Below are positions 27,552-37,938 of a stretch of 64,000 nucleotides of DNA, one piece after another. Made by a program: the position numbers and the translations under genes. Each line of letters opens with the position of its first letter. Position 1 is the stretch's first letter. The stretch comes from Candidatus Pacebacteria bacterium CG2_30_36_39. Lineage in GTDB: Bacteria; Patescibacteriota; Microgenomatia; UBA1400; PJMF01. The notes beneath the pieces are model-generated. The model worked only from the letters and a program-made list of their open reading frames with translations, had not been told where the DNA came from and searched no databases. The stretch covers positions 137,789 to 201,788 of the forward strand of contig MNZB01000003.1 of assembly GCA_001873435.1 (NCBI GenBank). The letters are read 5' to 3'.

Positions 27552-28598
27552 TTATATTCCTACTTTTTTACGTAAACGGAGGAACTTCCAACGAAGTTCT
27601 TCTATAACTCTATATAGTGAGTACATTGTTGAGTCTAGCACAAGGTCATAAGTACCAATAAATTCTTTAAGTTGGCCACCATAGCCCTTTTTAAAACGAT
27701 GAAAACCAAACCATGGATTTTTAGGATCTGGCTCTGGTCCTAATGATCCCCACATATCAAAAGTTTTGCAACCCAGTTGTTTGCCTAAACGAATCATTTC
27801 CCACATCATTAAATTGCTAGCCATTACATCTCTATATTCTCTACTAGATGCTCCATACGGATAATACAAAACGTTATCGAAAACAAACATAATCCAAGAA
27901 ACTAAGACTTTTCCTTCATAAACAGCATTGAAGATTCTCATCATGCCGCTATTACCCAATTCTTGCCACATAGTACGAAAATACTCTGGGGAATGAGCAT
28001 AAAAACCCTGTCTATCAGTAGTTTCTTTTAAGACGTTGAGATAAATTTCCATACCTTCAGCAGTGGAGTTTTCAAAAACCTTAACTCCTTTTTTATCTGC
28101 AACTCTAACGTTATAGCGAGTTTTATTGGAGAGTTGAGCAAATAGCTCTTCTTCAGTTTTATTTAAATCTAATTCAAAAGTGTATTGGGTAAAGAGAGGT
28201 CTCCCTGGTTTGCAGTCATGAGTTTTTAAAAATTTTCTAATGGCAGAGTGAGCTGAAGTTGCAGTTTCTGCAGCTTGAGAAACATTGGGTTCTAATTTGA
28301 TAAATAGAGCATTGTGGGCTTCTCCCAATTTTTTTAATGCTGCCAATTGATTTTCATCTGGCATGAAACCTTTGGGAAAGTAACCTGCTGTTTTACCAAT
28401 GAAAGGTAGGGGATGAAAACTGACTTGAAGACTTTGAGTGATTTTTCCATTTTCGAAAAATCCCAGTCTTTCTATTTCTACTCCAGTTTTTTTACGGAAT
28501 TCACCCCACTCCCAAGTTTGTAAAGGATGGTGAGCGCCTAAGTTATATAGTGCTTGTTCTTCGTTTCTAAGGGCCCTAATCAGCATAGCGGTACTCAA
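27552..28598 (-). CDS. FemAB-family peptidyl/aminoacyl-transferase (peptidoglycan interpeptide bridge formation family)
   Basis: ~350 aa. Conserved FemAB-like C-terminal region (YYPYGASS...MWEMIRLGKQLGCKTFDMWGS). Confidence 0.5.
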   Translation of the reverse strand: MSTAMLIRALRNEEQALYNLGAHHPLQTWEWGEFRKKTGVEIERLGFFENGKITQSLQVSFHPLPFIGKTAGYFPKGFMPDENQLAALKKLGEAHNALFIKLEPNVSQAAETATSAHSAIRKFLKTHDCKPGRPLFTQYTFELDLNKTEEELFAQLSNKTRYNVRVADKKGVKVFENSTAEGMEIYLNVLKETTDRQGFYAHSPEYFRTMWQELGNSGMMRIFNAVYEGKVLVSWIMFVFDNVLYYPYGASSREYRDVMASNLMMWEMIRLGKQLGCKTFDMWGSLGPEPDPKNPWFGFHRFKKGYGGQLKEFIGTYDLVLDSTMYSLYRVIEELRWKFLRLRKKVGI

Positions 28599-28636
28599 TT
28601 ATATGTTTTTTTTAATTTATTGTCAGGAAGAAAATC

Positions 28637-30559
28637 TCAACTATCCAAAAACTCTTTAATATTCATCTCTCCATCTAGTAATGCATCCAGGGTATCGTCA
28701 TCTATAATTTTTCTTCCAGTATATGTTGCAGTGTACCCTACTTTAACATTGCCATTAGGATGAGAAACGCCAATTTCTTCCAATAAGTGTTTTTTAATAT
28801 CAGATAAAAATCTACTACGGGTGCTGTGGGTTATTTTGCCAAAATTCCAACGTCTTTGGGCGTAAGTACAAAAAAGTTTTTCTTTGGCTCTAGTAATTCC
28901 TACATAGCAAAGTCTACGTTCTTCTTCTAGTTCCTCCTTATCCCAAAGTGATTGTTGATGTGGCAACAAGCCTTCTTCCATACCAACCAAAAAGACTACT
29001 GGAAACTCTAGTCCTTTGGCAGAATGTAGACTCATCAAAGTAACACCTGGTTTAGCATTACTACCATCAACATCATGGAAAAAACCGTCTTGAACTAGAG
29101 CTACATTTTCTAAAAATACAGTTGTGTCTTCAAATTGGGCGGCGGTATTTAATAGTTCTTGAATATTTTCGATTCTTGCAGAGTCCTGCGGGTCCTTCTC
29201 ATCAAAGGTACTAAGATATTCGGTTTTTTTAATTACTGACTCCAGTAGTTCCAGCGGACTTAGAGTTTTTATTTTTTCTTCTTCTGTTGTTTGCCATTGT
29301 AATAGTTTGTTTAGTCTACGTTTGCCGTTTTTTTGGGCTCTTTCCATGCTAACTAAATCTTGTGGATTGAGTAGTAGTCTGAGATATGAAATCAAATCTT
29401 TAATTTCTTTACGATCGTAAAAACGTACTCCGCCTACGATGCGATATGGAATTTTTTCTTTAACAAAAACCTCTTCAAAAGCTCTTGATTGAGCATTAGT
29501 GCGATAAAGAATGGCAAAGTCTTGGTATGAATACCCTACTTGTTGCCTAATGCATTGAGCAACTTTCATTGCCTCTGTAGTTTCATCAGCATTTTCAATC
29601 ACGGTAATTGGTTCTGATTGAGTGTTTTCTGTCCATAAGCCCAAAACTGGGTGGGAAGTGTTTTGTGATATTACTTGGGTAGCAGCATCGAGAATTGTTT
29701 GAGTAGAGCGATAGTTTTGTTCCAATTTGTATTCTTTAATTTTTTCGAAATCTTGGCCAAGGCGCATTAAGTTGCGATAGTCTGCCCCTCTCCAAGCATA
29801 AATGCTTTGAGAAAAATCACCTACTACATATAAATTGTCGTGTGGGTGAGCGAAAAATTTGGTTAAAAAATATTGAGCTTTATTTGTATCTTGATATTCA
29901 TCTACTAAAACATGTTCAACTTGATCTTGGTAATATCCTAAAATTTCTTTATCATTTTGGAGTAAATTTACTGTTTCTAAGAGCAAATCATCAAAATCAA
30001 AAGCATTTAGTTCACGTAGTTTATATTGATAGATTTGATAAACTTTGGCTGCAAATTCTTGAGCATCATCATGAGCCAGAGCCTTATATTCTTCTGGAAC
30101 AAGCATTTCATTTTTTGCTTGAGAAATTAATGATTTAACAAATTGAGGAGTGTATTTTTTTGGATCAAAACTACGGTCTTTATAGATATGCTTTATCAAA
30201 GACAATTGGTCATTGCTGTCATAAATTGTAAAATCATGGCTACGATTGGTTTTATCAGCATGAATTCTCAAGATTTTGGTACATAAACTGTGGAAAGTTC
30301 CAGAAAATCTCAATTGTCTGCCAGTTAATTCAAAAACTCTTTTATTCATTTCGCCAGCTGCTTTATTGGTAAAAGTAACTAATAAAATAGAATCTGGATT
30401 TACTTTTTTTTCAGCAATTAAATAAGCAACTCTGGTGGTAAGAACTTTAGTTTTGCCGCTACCAGCTCCAGCTAGAACAATAGCTGGTCCTTCTGGATGT
30501 AGGACGGCTGCTCTTTGTTGTTCATTGAGTTGGTCCAAGGAGTACGGCATGTTAGTCAT
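28637..30559 (-). CDS. pcrA: ATP-dependent DNA helicase PcrA/UvrD family
   Basis: LNEQQRAAV...AGAGSGKT (Walker A), DEYQDTN, UvrD motifs throughout. 640 aa. Confidence 0.85.
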   Translation of the reverse strand: MTNMPYSLDQLNEQQRAAVLHPEGPAIVLAGAGSGKTKVLTTRVAYLIAEKKVNPDSILLVTFTNKAAGEMNKRVFELTGRQLRFSGTFHSLCTKILRIHADKTNRSHDFTIYDSNDQLSLIKHIYKDRSFDPKKYTPQFVKSLISQAKNEMLVPEEYKALAHDDAQEFAAKVYQIYQYKLRELNAFDFDDLLLETVNLLQNDKEILGYYQDQVEHVLVDEYQDTNKAQYFLTKFFAHPHDNLYVVGDFSQSIYAWRGADYRNLMRLGQDFEKIKEYKLEQNYRSTQTILDAATQVISQNTSHPVLGLWTENTQSEPITVIENADETTEAMKVAQCIRQQVGYSYQDFAILYRTNAQSRAFEEVFVKEKIPYRIVGGVRFYDRKEIKDLISYLRLLLNPQDLVSMERAQKNGKRRLNKLLQWQTTEEEKIKTLSPLELLESVIKKTEYLSTFDEKDPQDSARIENIQELLNTAAQFEDTTVFLENVALVQDGFFHDVDGSNAKPGVTLMSLHSAKGLEFPVVFLVGMEEGLLPHQQSLWDKEELEEERRLCYVGITRAKEKLFCTYAQRRWNFGKITHSTRSRFLSDIKKHLLEEIGVSHPNGNVKVGYTATYTGRKIIDDDTLDALLDGEMNIKEFLDS

Positions 30560-30625
30560 ACTACCATGATCAGCAGACTTGTACAGGTTATGACTTCTGC
30601 CCCAGTGAAGTGGTAAGATGCTGTT

Positions 30626-31324
30626 ATGAGAAAAATTATTTTTGGTAATTGGAAAGCTAATAAATCCTTAACTCAAGCCAGAGAATGGCTTGAGATTTTT
30701 AATCAAGAATTAGCTGAAGATGCTCAGTTAGAAGTTGAAGGAGTAATAGCTCCTGCTTTTCCACTCTTATCTGAAGTAAAAGAAAATTTGCCTAAGCAAA
30801 TTAGTTTGGGTTTGCAAGATATTAGCGCTTATCCAGCTGGTTCATATACTGGTGGTGTTTCGGTGCAAAATATTGCCGGTTTTGGGGTGAAATATGCTTT
30901 AATTGCTCATTCAGAACGTCGCAAATACTTTACTGAAACATCCACCACCGCTGCTCAAAAAGTCACCCAATTACTTTCTATTGGTATTACTCCAATTGTT
31001 TGTGTTGAAAGAGAAACCATTGATGAGCAGATTGCTAGAATTTCTGTGGAAGAATTATCTAAATGTATTATTGCTTATGAGCCTTCTGCCTCAATTGGAT
31101 CTGGAAATAATGCTTCATTAAGTGATGTAACTGATTTTAAAGAAAAGGTTAAAAGACTTTGTGGAGATGTGCCATATCTTTATGGTGGAAGTGTTAATGA
31201 GCAATCAATTGCTGAGTATCTTTTTGTCACTGATGGAGTTATTATTGGCACTGCCTCACTTGAGGCAAAACAATTTGTATCAGTTTTACGAGCTGCCCAA
31301 GGGAAAACACCTATTGGCTCATGA
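30626..31324 (+). CDS. tpiA: Triosephosphate isomerase
   Basis: GNWKAN, IAHSERR, AYEP motifs. Confidence 0.85.
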   Translation: MRKIIFGNWKANKSLTQAREWLEIFNQELAEDAQLEVEGVIAPAFPLLSEVKENLPKQISLGLQDISAYPAGSYTGGVSVQNIAGFGVKYALIAHSERRKYFTETSTTAAQKVTQLLSIGITPIVCVERETIDEQIARISVEELSKCIIAYEPSASIGSGNNASLSDVTDFKEKVKRLCGDVPYLYGGSVNEQSIAEYLFVTDGVIIGTASLEAKQFVSVLRAAQGKTPIGS

Positions 31325-32583
31325 AACGATTATTTGAGATACCTTATAGCTTTTCACTATTAGCGATTCTGTTTTTTTCCTTGTTGGTAAGATTTTTTCA
31401 ACTTGGTCAACCTGCAGATTATGTTTTTGATGAGCGTTATCATCTTCCAGCTGTCAGATTGATTGCTGAAAATGACCCTAGAGCTTTTGAGTGGTGGCAT
31501 CCTCCAATTTATGGTGTTTCAAACCATGATTGGCTTCATCCTCCTTTGGCTAAATATATTCAAGCCACTGTTTATAAATTAGGTCATGGCTCAGTAGAGA
31601 GCTGGCGTTTGGGATCAGTTATTTTTGGTCTAGGGGGAATAGTTTTAACCTATGTATTAGGTAGTTTGGTTTTTAATAACAGATTGGTAGGAATTTTATC
31701 TGCTTTAATTTTGAGTTTAGATGGTTTGTGGCTAGTTCAATCTAGAGTGGGAATGAATGATGTTTTTGTTACTGTTTGGTTGCTACTGGCTGCTATTGTT
31801 TATGTAAAGCTGAAGAAAAAAACCAATAGTTCTTTGTTGCTGTTGGTCGGAATTTTTCTTGGTATTGGGATAGCTACCAAGTGGACAGCCATGTTTTGGT
31901 TGGTGGGAATTCTTAGCTATGAACTAGTTAATGTTTGGAGAAAAAAAACTTGGCGCTTGATTCCTTGGCAAGTTTTTTGTTTATTAGCTGTGCCTATTTT
32001 TATCTACTTATTAAGTTATTTGCCTATGTTTATTCAGGGTAAAGATTTTAGTTATTTTTTAGAATTACATAAAAATATTTGGTGGTATCAGACTCATCGT
32101 GAATCCTTGCATTTGTTTCAATCTATTCCAGCCCAATGGATAAATAATACTGGTGTTGTTTGGTATTGGCACGGCTCTAATTATGAAAATATTTATGCTT
32201 TTAATAATCCATTATTGGTTGTTCTAGAAAACATTGCTTTGTTGGTAACCATTTATGCAATTGCAAGAAAAAATGTTAATCATCAATATTTGTCTTTGCT
32301 ATTGTTTTTTTACGCCATGAGTTTTGTGCTATGGGTTTTTAGTCCACGGATACTTTTTTATTATCACTACACTCCAGCTCTGCCATTTTTGGCAATAATT
32401 TTGGGATATTGGTTGAAGAAAATTTATTTTTCGAATGTTGAAGTTAAAAAATCTTTATTATTCTTATTTACAATTGTTTGCCTGGTTTTTGTTTTCTGGC
32501 TTTATTATCCAGCTTGGATTGGATTTCCAGTTTCCAAAGATTTACAAGACACAGTATACTATTTCCTGCCTGGACAGATATAA
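31321..32583 (+). CDS. GT-C fold glycosyltransferase, PMT/ArnT-like (GT39/GT83-type) polytopic membrane protein
   Basis: N-terminal loop DE motif (VFDERYH), >10 TM helices. Confidence 0.55.
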   Translation: MKRLFEIPYSFSLLAILFFSLLVRFFQLGQPADYVFDERYHLPAVRLIAENDPRAFEWWHPPIYGVSNHDWLHPPLAKYIQATVYKLGHGSVESWRLGSVIFGLGGIVLTYVLGSLVFNNRLVGILSALILSLDGLWLVQSRVGMNDVFVTVWLLLAAIVYVKLKKKTNSSLLLLVGIFLGIGIATKWTAMFWLVGILSYELVNVWRKKTWRLIPWQVFCLLAVPIFIYLLSYLPMFIQGKDFSYFLELHKNIWWYQTHRESLHLFQSIPAQWINNTGVVWYWHGSNYENIYAFNNPLLVVLENIALLVTIYAIARKNVNHQYLSLLLFFYAMSFVLWVFSPRILFYYHYTPALPFLAIILGYWLKKIYFSNVEVKKSLLFLFTIVCLVFVFWLYYPAWIGFPVSKDLQDTVYYFLPGQI

Positions 32584-32584
32584 A

Positions 32585-33301
32585 ATGAAAAAACTATCTT
32601 CTCTATCTATTTTTTTTCCTTGTTTTAATGAAGAAAGAAATATTCCTTTTTTTATTGATGAAGCGCTTAATTTTCTTCCCAAAATTGCTGATAAGTTTGA
32701 GATTATTATCATAAATGATGGGAGTGTGGATGATACAAGATTAGTTACTGACAAACTAACCAAGGAAAATCCACTTATTAAGGTAATTCATCATTCAGAA
32801 AACTTGGGCTATGGTGCTGCTTTGAGAACTGGTTTTTCAGTAGCCAAATATGAGTGGGTGTTTTTTACCGATGGTGATTTGCAATTTAAATTGTCTCAAC
32901 TTAAAAAATTTATTCCTTATACTGATAAAAACCACGTGATAATTGGTTATCGCAAAAACAGAGCGGATGGCAAAGCTAGGGTTTTTAATGCTTGGTTATT
33001 TAAGCTTTATATTGATTTGCTTTTTAGAGTTGGGGTTAAAGATATTGACTGTGCATTTAAGTTATTTCATAGGAAAACTTTGCAATCTTTGCATTTAGAA
33101 TCTACTGGAGCTTTTACTAGCTCTGAGGTTCTTTATAAGTTAAAGAAAAAAGGTGAAGTTTTTGTTCAGCTGCCAGTTGATCATAAAAAAAGAAAATATG
33201 GTTCTCCAACTGGAAATAATTTGAAGGTAATTATTAAAGCTGGAATTGAGGCTTTGAGTTTATATTTAAAAATTAAGCTTGGAAGTTTAGTTCAAAAATG
33301 A
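32585..33301 (+). CDS. GT2 family glycosyltransferase, polyprenol-phosphate sugar synthase (DPM1/GtrB-like)
   Basis: LSIFFPCFNEE...IIIINDGSVDDT...DGDLQF (GT-A DxD). Start at 32585 preferred over the overlapping track start. Confidence 0.7.
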   Translation: MKKLSSLSIFFPCFNEERNIPFFIDEALNFLPKIADKFEIIIINDGSVDDTRLVTDKLTKENPLIKVIHHSENLGYGAALRTGFSVAKYEWVFFTDGDLQFKLSQLKKFIPYTDKNHVIIGYRKNRADGKARVFNAWLFKLYIDLLFRVGVKDIDCAFKLFHRKTLQSLHLESTGAFTSSEVLYKLKKKGEVFVQLPVDHKKRKYGSPTGNNLKVIIKAGIEALSLYLKIKLGSLVQK

Positions 33302-34557
33302 AAAAAATAGCAATTATCGGAGCTGGTTTTGCAGGTTTGGCTGCAGCATGGGAAGCTGTTAAATCAGGTTACAAAGTTGATATTTTTGAAGCTGAAAAAC
33401 TACCAGGTGGATTGGCTTCTGGATTAAAAAATGATAAATGGTTGTGGTCTTTGGAGCATCATTATCATCATATTTTTCAAACAGATAAAGATATTCTCAA
33501 TTTATTGTCAGAAATGAATTTGAATAAAAAAATATTTTTTAAGACAGTAAACACTAGATCATATTTTGATAAAAGAGCTTGGTCAGTTGATAGTCCCATT
33601 AATTTGCTTCGCTTCTCTCCCCTATCATTTTTTGATCGTTTACGAGTTGGTTTTGTTATTGCGTTTTTAAAATTTTTACCCAATGGTCGTTGGTTAGAAA
33701 AATACTCTGCTAAAGATTTTTTAATTAAGACTATGGGGAAAGCTGGTTGGGAAATTTTATGGCAACCCTTATTTGATGGCAAATTTGGCAAGCAAGCTGG
33801 AAAGATAAACATGGCTTGGTTTTGGGCTAGAATCAGTTCTCGCTCACAGCAATTGGGATATTATCAGGGTGGATTTTTATGTTTAGCAGAAGATATGGTT
33901 GAAGTTTTAAAATCAAAAGGTGTTAAGTTTCATTTTTCTGCTCCAGTATTAAAAATAAAAAGCAGTAACAAAAAAATAAATGTAATTTTGGAAAAAAATA
34001 AAAGTCTTCCTTTTGATAATGTTTTAATAACCCTTCCATCTCCAGTGGCTAGCAAGTTGGTTGATTTACCAAAGAATAATTTAAAAGGATTATCAGCAAG
34101 AACTTTAGTATTAGAGTTAGATAAAGAATTTTTTATTGATCAGACATATTGGCTGAGTATTCATGAGAAAAACTGGCCTTTTTTGGCTGTGGTTGAGCAT
34201 ACCAATCTTACTAACAAAAAAAATTATGGTAACAAAACTATTATTTATGTTGGTAAGTATTTAGATAAAAAAGAATCTTTTTATAAACTTAGTAAAGAAG
34301 AGATTCTTAAAATATATCAGCCATTTTTAGAAAAACTTTCTCCTGGATTTAATAAATATCTAAAGCGTAGCTGGATTTTTGATGCAGACTTTGCCCAACC
34401 ATTGGTTTTTACCAACCATTCTAAAGAGGTGCCATTAATTAAAACTGATATGAATGGAGTTTATTGGGTCAGCATGCAACATGTTTACCCTTGGGATCGT
34501 GGCATAAATTATGCGGTTAAATTTGGTTTAGAAGCTGTTAAATATTTTAATGATTAA
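33298..34557 (+). CDS. FAD/NAD(P)-binding oxidoreductase (amine-oxidase/CrtI/HemY-like family)
   Basis: N-terminal Rossmann GxGxxG (IAIIGAGFAGLAAA), EAE..PGG motif. ~420 aa. Confidence 0.55.
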   Translation: MKKIAIIGAGFAGLAAAWEAVKSGYKVDIFEAEKLPGGLASGLKNDKWLWSLEHHYHHIFQTDKDILNLLSEMNLNKKIFFKTVNTRSYFDKRAWSVDSPINLLRFSPLSFFDRLRVGFVIAFLKFLPNGRWLEKYSAKDFLIKTMGKAGWEILWQPLFDGKFGKQAGKINMAWFWARISSRSQQLGYYQGGFLCLAEDMVEVLKSKGVKFHFSAPVLKIKSSNKKINVILEKNKSLPFDNVLITLPSPVASKLVDLPKNNLKGLSARTLVLELDKEFFIDQTYWLSIHEKNWPFLAVVEHTNLTNKKNYGNKTIIYVGKYLDKKESFYKLSKEEILKIYQPFLEKLSPGFNKYLKRSWIFDADFAQPLVFTNHSKEVPLIKTDMNGVYWVSMQHVYPWDRGINYAVKFGLEAVKYFND

Positions 34558-36247
34558 ATATATGAAAAAAATATTTCAAAATTTGATTAATTTTTTTCAG
34601 CAAAAAAGCTCTAAAAAATATTTTGTAATTTTTGGAATTTTTTTTCTAATATGTTTTATTTTTTTTCAATCAACATTTTCTTATCATGAACAAAAATTTT
34701 TTATTAAAGCAAAATTGTGGAGCGATTTTGCTGCCCACCTTCCACTCATTAGGTCTTTTAGTCTTGGAGATAATTGGCCAGTGGAATATCCTTTTTTTGC
34801 TGGACTTAAGATTAACTATCATTTTCTGTTTTATGCAGTCGTTGGTGGTTTGGAAAGAATTGGTTTTAGAATTGATTACGCACTAAATTTTCTAAGTGCT
34901 TTGGGTGGCGCTGGTTTATTGACTAGTATTGTTTGGCTTGGTGAGTACTATTTTAGTTTTAGCGCTGGTTTATTGGCAGTTTTTTTATTTTTATTTAATG
35001 GTTCGTTAGTTTTTATTCAATTTTTTAAAGAAAATATTTTTACTAATTTTGAAAATTTTTATCAAACTTTAGTTACTCAAAGAACATTTGTTAGTTTTGG
35101 TCCTTGGAATGGAGATTTAATAAGTGCATTTTGGAATTTAAATATTTTTACCAATCAACGTCATTTGGGCTTGGGTATTAGTATTTTATTGTTTTTAATT
35201 GGTTGGTTTGAATTATTTTTTAAAGAGAAAAATAAGATTTATCAGAGAGATTATTTATTAATAGCTTTTTTAATAGTTTTACTGCCCCTATTTCATCAGG
35301 CCTCTTTTGCTGTTTTAGTAATTTATTTATTAATTGGTTTTTTCTCTAATCCAAAATTTTATTTAAAAAAACATTTATTATTTTTTATTATTACGGGATT
35401 TATTTCTTTTAAATCATATTTAATGTTTAAAAATGGTTTTATACCTATTTTAGACATTGGTTTTTTGGCTTTAGAAAAAAACTTACCAAGTATTTTTAAT
35501 TATTGTTTACAAAACTTTGGACTTTACCTATTTTTTATTCCGCTATTTTTATTTTTAGTATTTTTCAAAAAAGATTATTTTAAATTTCGTAAGATTTATT
35601 TAACTGGTTTATTTATTTTTATTATTTCTTTTATTTTTCGTTTTTCTACAGACATGATTAATAATCATAAATTTATTACTATTTTTCTGATTATTATGAA
35701 TTTAGGCGTTGCTGGCTTATTAGTTAAAACTTATCAAACACAAGTTTTTTTGAAGCAAATTGGTGTTTCTTTAATAGTCTTTTTCTTAACCTTTTCTGGC
35801 TTAATAGACTTATTTCCAATTCTCAATGATGGCTTGTATGTGCAAAAAGATTATCAGCGATCTGAGTTTGGTAGATGGGTAGTCACAATTGATCCACATT
35901 CGGTTTTTTTGGTAAATGAATATTTATATAATCCAATTTCTTTAGCTGGTAGAAAACTCTATCTAGATTATGGTTATTTTTCTTGGTCAATGGGTTATCC
36001 AGATCATGATCGTCGAAAAAAACAGGACCAGATTTTTAGTAAAGATATTGCTAAAGATGACTGGTGCAACCTACTAAGCTCTGAGGGTATTGATTATTTG
36101 GCATTAGACCAAAATCAAGGTGATTTTATGAGTAAGTACAGAGTTGATCAGTCTAGTTTTATTTATTTTTCTAAACCATTGATTTTTGATAAAGCAGAAA
36201 ATCAATCGAGCACATATGTTTATGATGTAAAGGAAATATGTCAATAA
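34550..36247 (+). CDS. Polytopic Phe-rich membrane protein (possible GT-C glycosyltransferase), function unknown
   Basis: ~14 predicted TM helices with a soluble C-terminal domain. Embedded in the glycosyltransferase cluster. Confidence 0.35.
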   Translation: MIKYMKKIFQNLINFFQQKSSKKYFVIFGIFFLICFIFFQSTFSYHEQKFFIKAKLWSDFAAHLPLIRSFSLGDNWPVEYPFFAGLKINYHFLFYAVVGGLERIGFRIDYALNFLSALGGAGLLTSIVWLGEYYFSFSAGLLAVFLFLFNGSLVFIQFFKENIFTNFENFYQTLVTQRTFVSFGPWNGDLISAFWNLNIFTNQRHLGLGISILLFLIGWFELFFKEKNKIYQRDYLLIAFLIVLLPLFHQASFAVLVIYLLIGFFSNPKFYLKKHLLFFIITGFISFKSYLMFKNGFIPILDIGFLALEKNLPSIFNYCLQNFGLYLFFIPLFLFLVFFKKDYFKFRKIYLTGLFIFIISFIFRFSTDMINNHKFITIFLIIMNLGVAGLLVKTYQTQVFLKQIGVSLIVFFLTFSGLIDLFPILNDGLYVQKDYQRSEFGRWVVTIDPHSVFLVNEYLYNPISLAGRKLYLDYGYFSWSMGYPDHDRRKKQDQIFSKDIAKDDWCNLLSSEGIDYLALDQNQGDFMSKYRVDQSSFIYFSKPLIFDKAENQSSTYVYDVKEICQ

Positions 36248-37938
36248 AAAAACCAATCAGAGTTGGTTTTGATTTGGATGGAGTTTTACTTTACAACCCA
36301 GTGAGAATTGTTCGTCCTATTATTTCTTTATTAAAAAAGAAAAAAATTATTCAGCGCAAGGAAATGCAATTTTTTGTTCCCACTAGGAAATGGGAAATGA
36401 TTTTTTGGCGGCTATTTCATAAGACAAGTCTGTTTGTTTCTCCTGGAATTAAGGAAATTGAGAGGCTTGTTAAAGCTGGTGAAATTGAGGCCTATGTTGT
36501 AACTGCTAGATTTAAGTATCTTCAGCCAGATACTCAGTATTGGTTTAATAAGTTTGCCAAAAAGAAGATTTTTAAAACCTGTTATTTGAATGAAAAAAAT
36601 GAGCAACCGCACTTATTTAAAGCAAGGAAAATTGATGAATTAAAGTTAGATTATTTTGTTGAAGACAATTGGGATATTGTTCAGTTTTTAAATAAAAAAT
36701 TTGGTCAAAAGAAAAAGATTTTTTGGATTACCAATTTAGTTGATAATAAAAAGAATTATGAATATAAATTTTTGAGTTTGCAAAAAATATTTAAATCATT
36801 GCCAAATTACAAACCAAAGCTTTTATTTTTTTCACCATACTTCTACCCGCATAAGTCTGGTATTACTCAGTATTCACTAAAGATGCTTTCGGAAATTGCT
36901 AATAAATATAGTATTACTGTATTAAGCTTTAAATTTTCAGCAAGATTAAAAAACTTTGAGTATTTCAACGGTTTAAAAATTATTAGAATGCCATTTTTAT
37001 TTTATTTTAAAAAAGGATTTATTTCTTTTCAATCAATTATTTATTTTTTTAAAAATTTAATTAACACAGATTTGGTTGTCGTTGACTATCCTAATCTAGA
37101 AGGTTTGCCATTAATTATTTTTGCCAAACTAATGAGAAAAAAAATAGTTACAGCTTTTCATTGTAAAATTCAATTTGAAACTGGATTAATTAATTATTTG
37201 ATAAAAAAATTATTGGAATTTTCAGCCTTAGTTCATTTGGATCTTAGTGATAAAGTTGCCGTATTAGCAGATGACTATTTTTATCAATTCTCAAGCTATC
37301 AAAAATATTCACCAAAGATAAAAGAAATTCATCCACATTTTGGATCAGAAAAAAAAGATCAATTATTTTTCAAGAAAATTAAGCAGCAGAAGAAAAAAAA
37401 TATTTGGCTTGGATTTGTTGGAAGAATAGCTTCTGAAAAAGGCATAGAAACACTTTTAAAAGCTTTGCAAAAATTACCAGCAAACCATCAATTAATTATT
37501 GCTGGTCCATCTTTAGTTACTGGAGAAAATGAATATCGAAAGAAAGTTCTAAAAATTGTTGAGAACCAATCGGCTAGGATTATTTTTTTTAATGACTTAA
37601 ATAATAATAAATTAGTTAGTTTATTTTCATTATTAGATGTTTTAATTCTTCCTTCAGAAAAACATACTGAGGCTTTCGGAATTGTACAACTTGAAGCAAT
37701 GGAACAAGGTATTCCAGTTGTGGCTTCAAATCTTCCTGGTATTAGAGTTCCAGTGTTAAAAACTGGTTTGGGAATGTTATTTAAACCAAAAGATGAATTT
37801 AGTTTATACAAAGCAATTAAGCAAACTTTGGATAAACGACAACTCAAGGATAAGACAAAAAATATTAAAAAATTTAATCAGATATTTTCTAGCAAAGAAA
37901 CAGTTAATCAGTTTTTAGATTTATTGCGAAAAATATAA
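36238..37938 (+). CDS. Fusion protein: N-terminal HAD-like phosphatase domain + C-terminal GT4 (GT-B) glycosyltransferase
   Basis: HAD motif I FDLDGVL near the N-terminus. GT4 E-x7-E region (EAFGIVQLEAMEQGIPVVAS) in the C-terminal half. Confidence 0.6.
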   Translation: MSIKKPIRVGFDLDGVLLYNPVRIVRPIISLLKKKKIIQRKEMQFFVPTRKWEMIFWRLFHKTSLFVSPGIKEIERLVKAGEIEAYVVTARFKYLQPDTQYWFNKFAKKKIFKTCYLNEKNEQPHLFKARKIDELKLDYFVEDNWDIVQFLNKKFGQKKKIFWITNLVDNKKNYEYKFLSLQKIFKSLPNYKPKLLFFSPYFYPHKSGITQYSLKMLSEIANKYSITVLSFKFSARLKNFEYFNGLKIIRMPFLFYFKKGFISFQSIIYFFKNLINTDLVVVDYPNLEGLPLIIFAKLMRKKIVTAFHCKIQFETGLINYLIKKLLEFSALVHLDLSDKVAVLADDYFYQFSSYQKYSPKIKEIHPHFGSEKKDQLFFKKIKQQKKKNIWLGFVGRIASEKGIETLLKALQKLPANHQLIIAGPSLVTGENEYRKKVLKIVENQSARIIFFNDLNNNKLVSLFSLLDVLILPSEKHTEAFGIVQLEAMEQGIPVVASNLPGIRVPVLKTGLGMLFKPKDEFSLYKAIKQTLDKRQLKDKTKNIKKFNQIFSSKETVNQFLDLLRKI

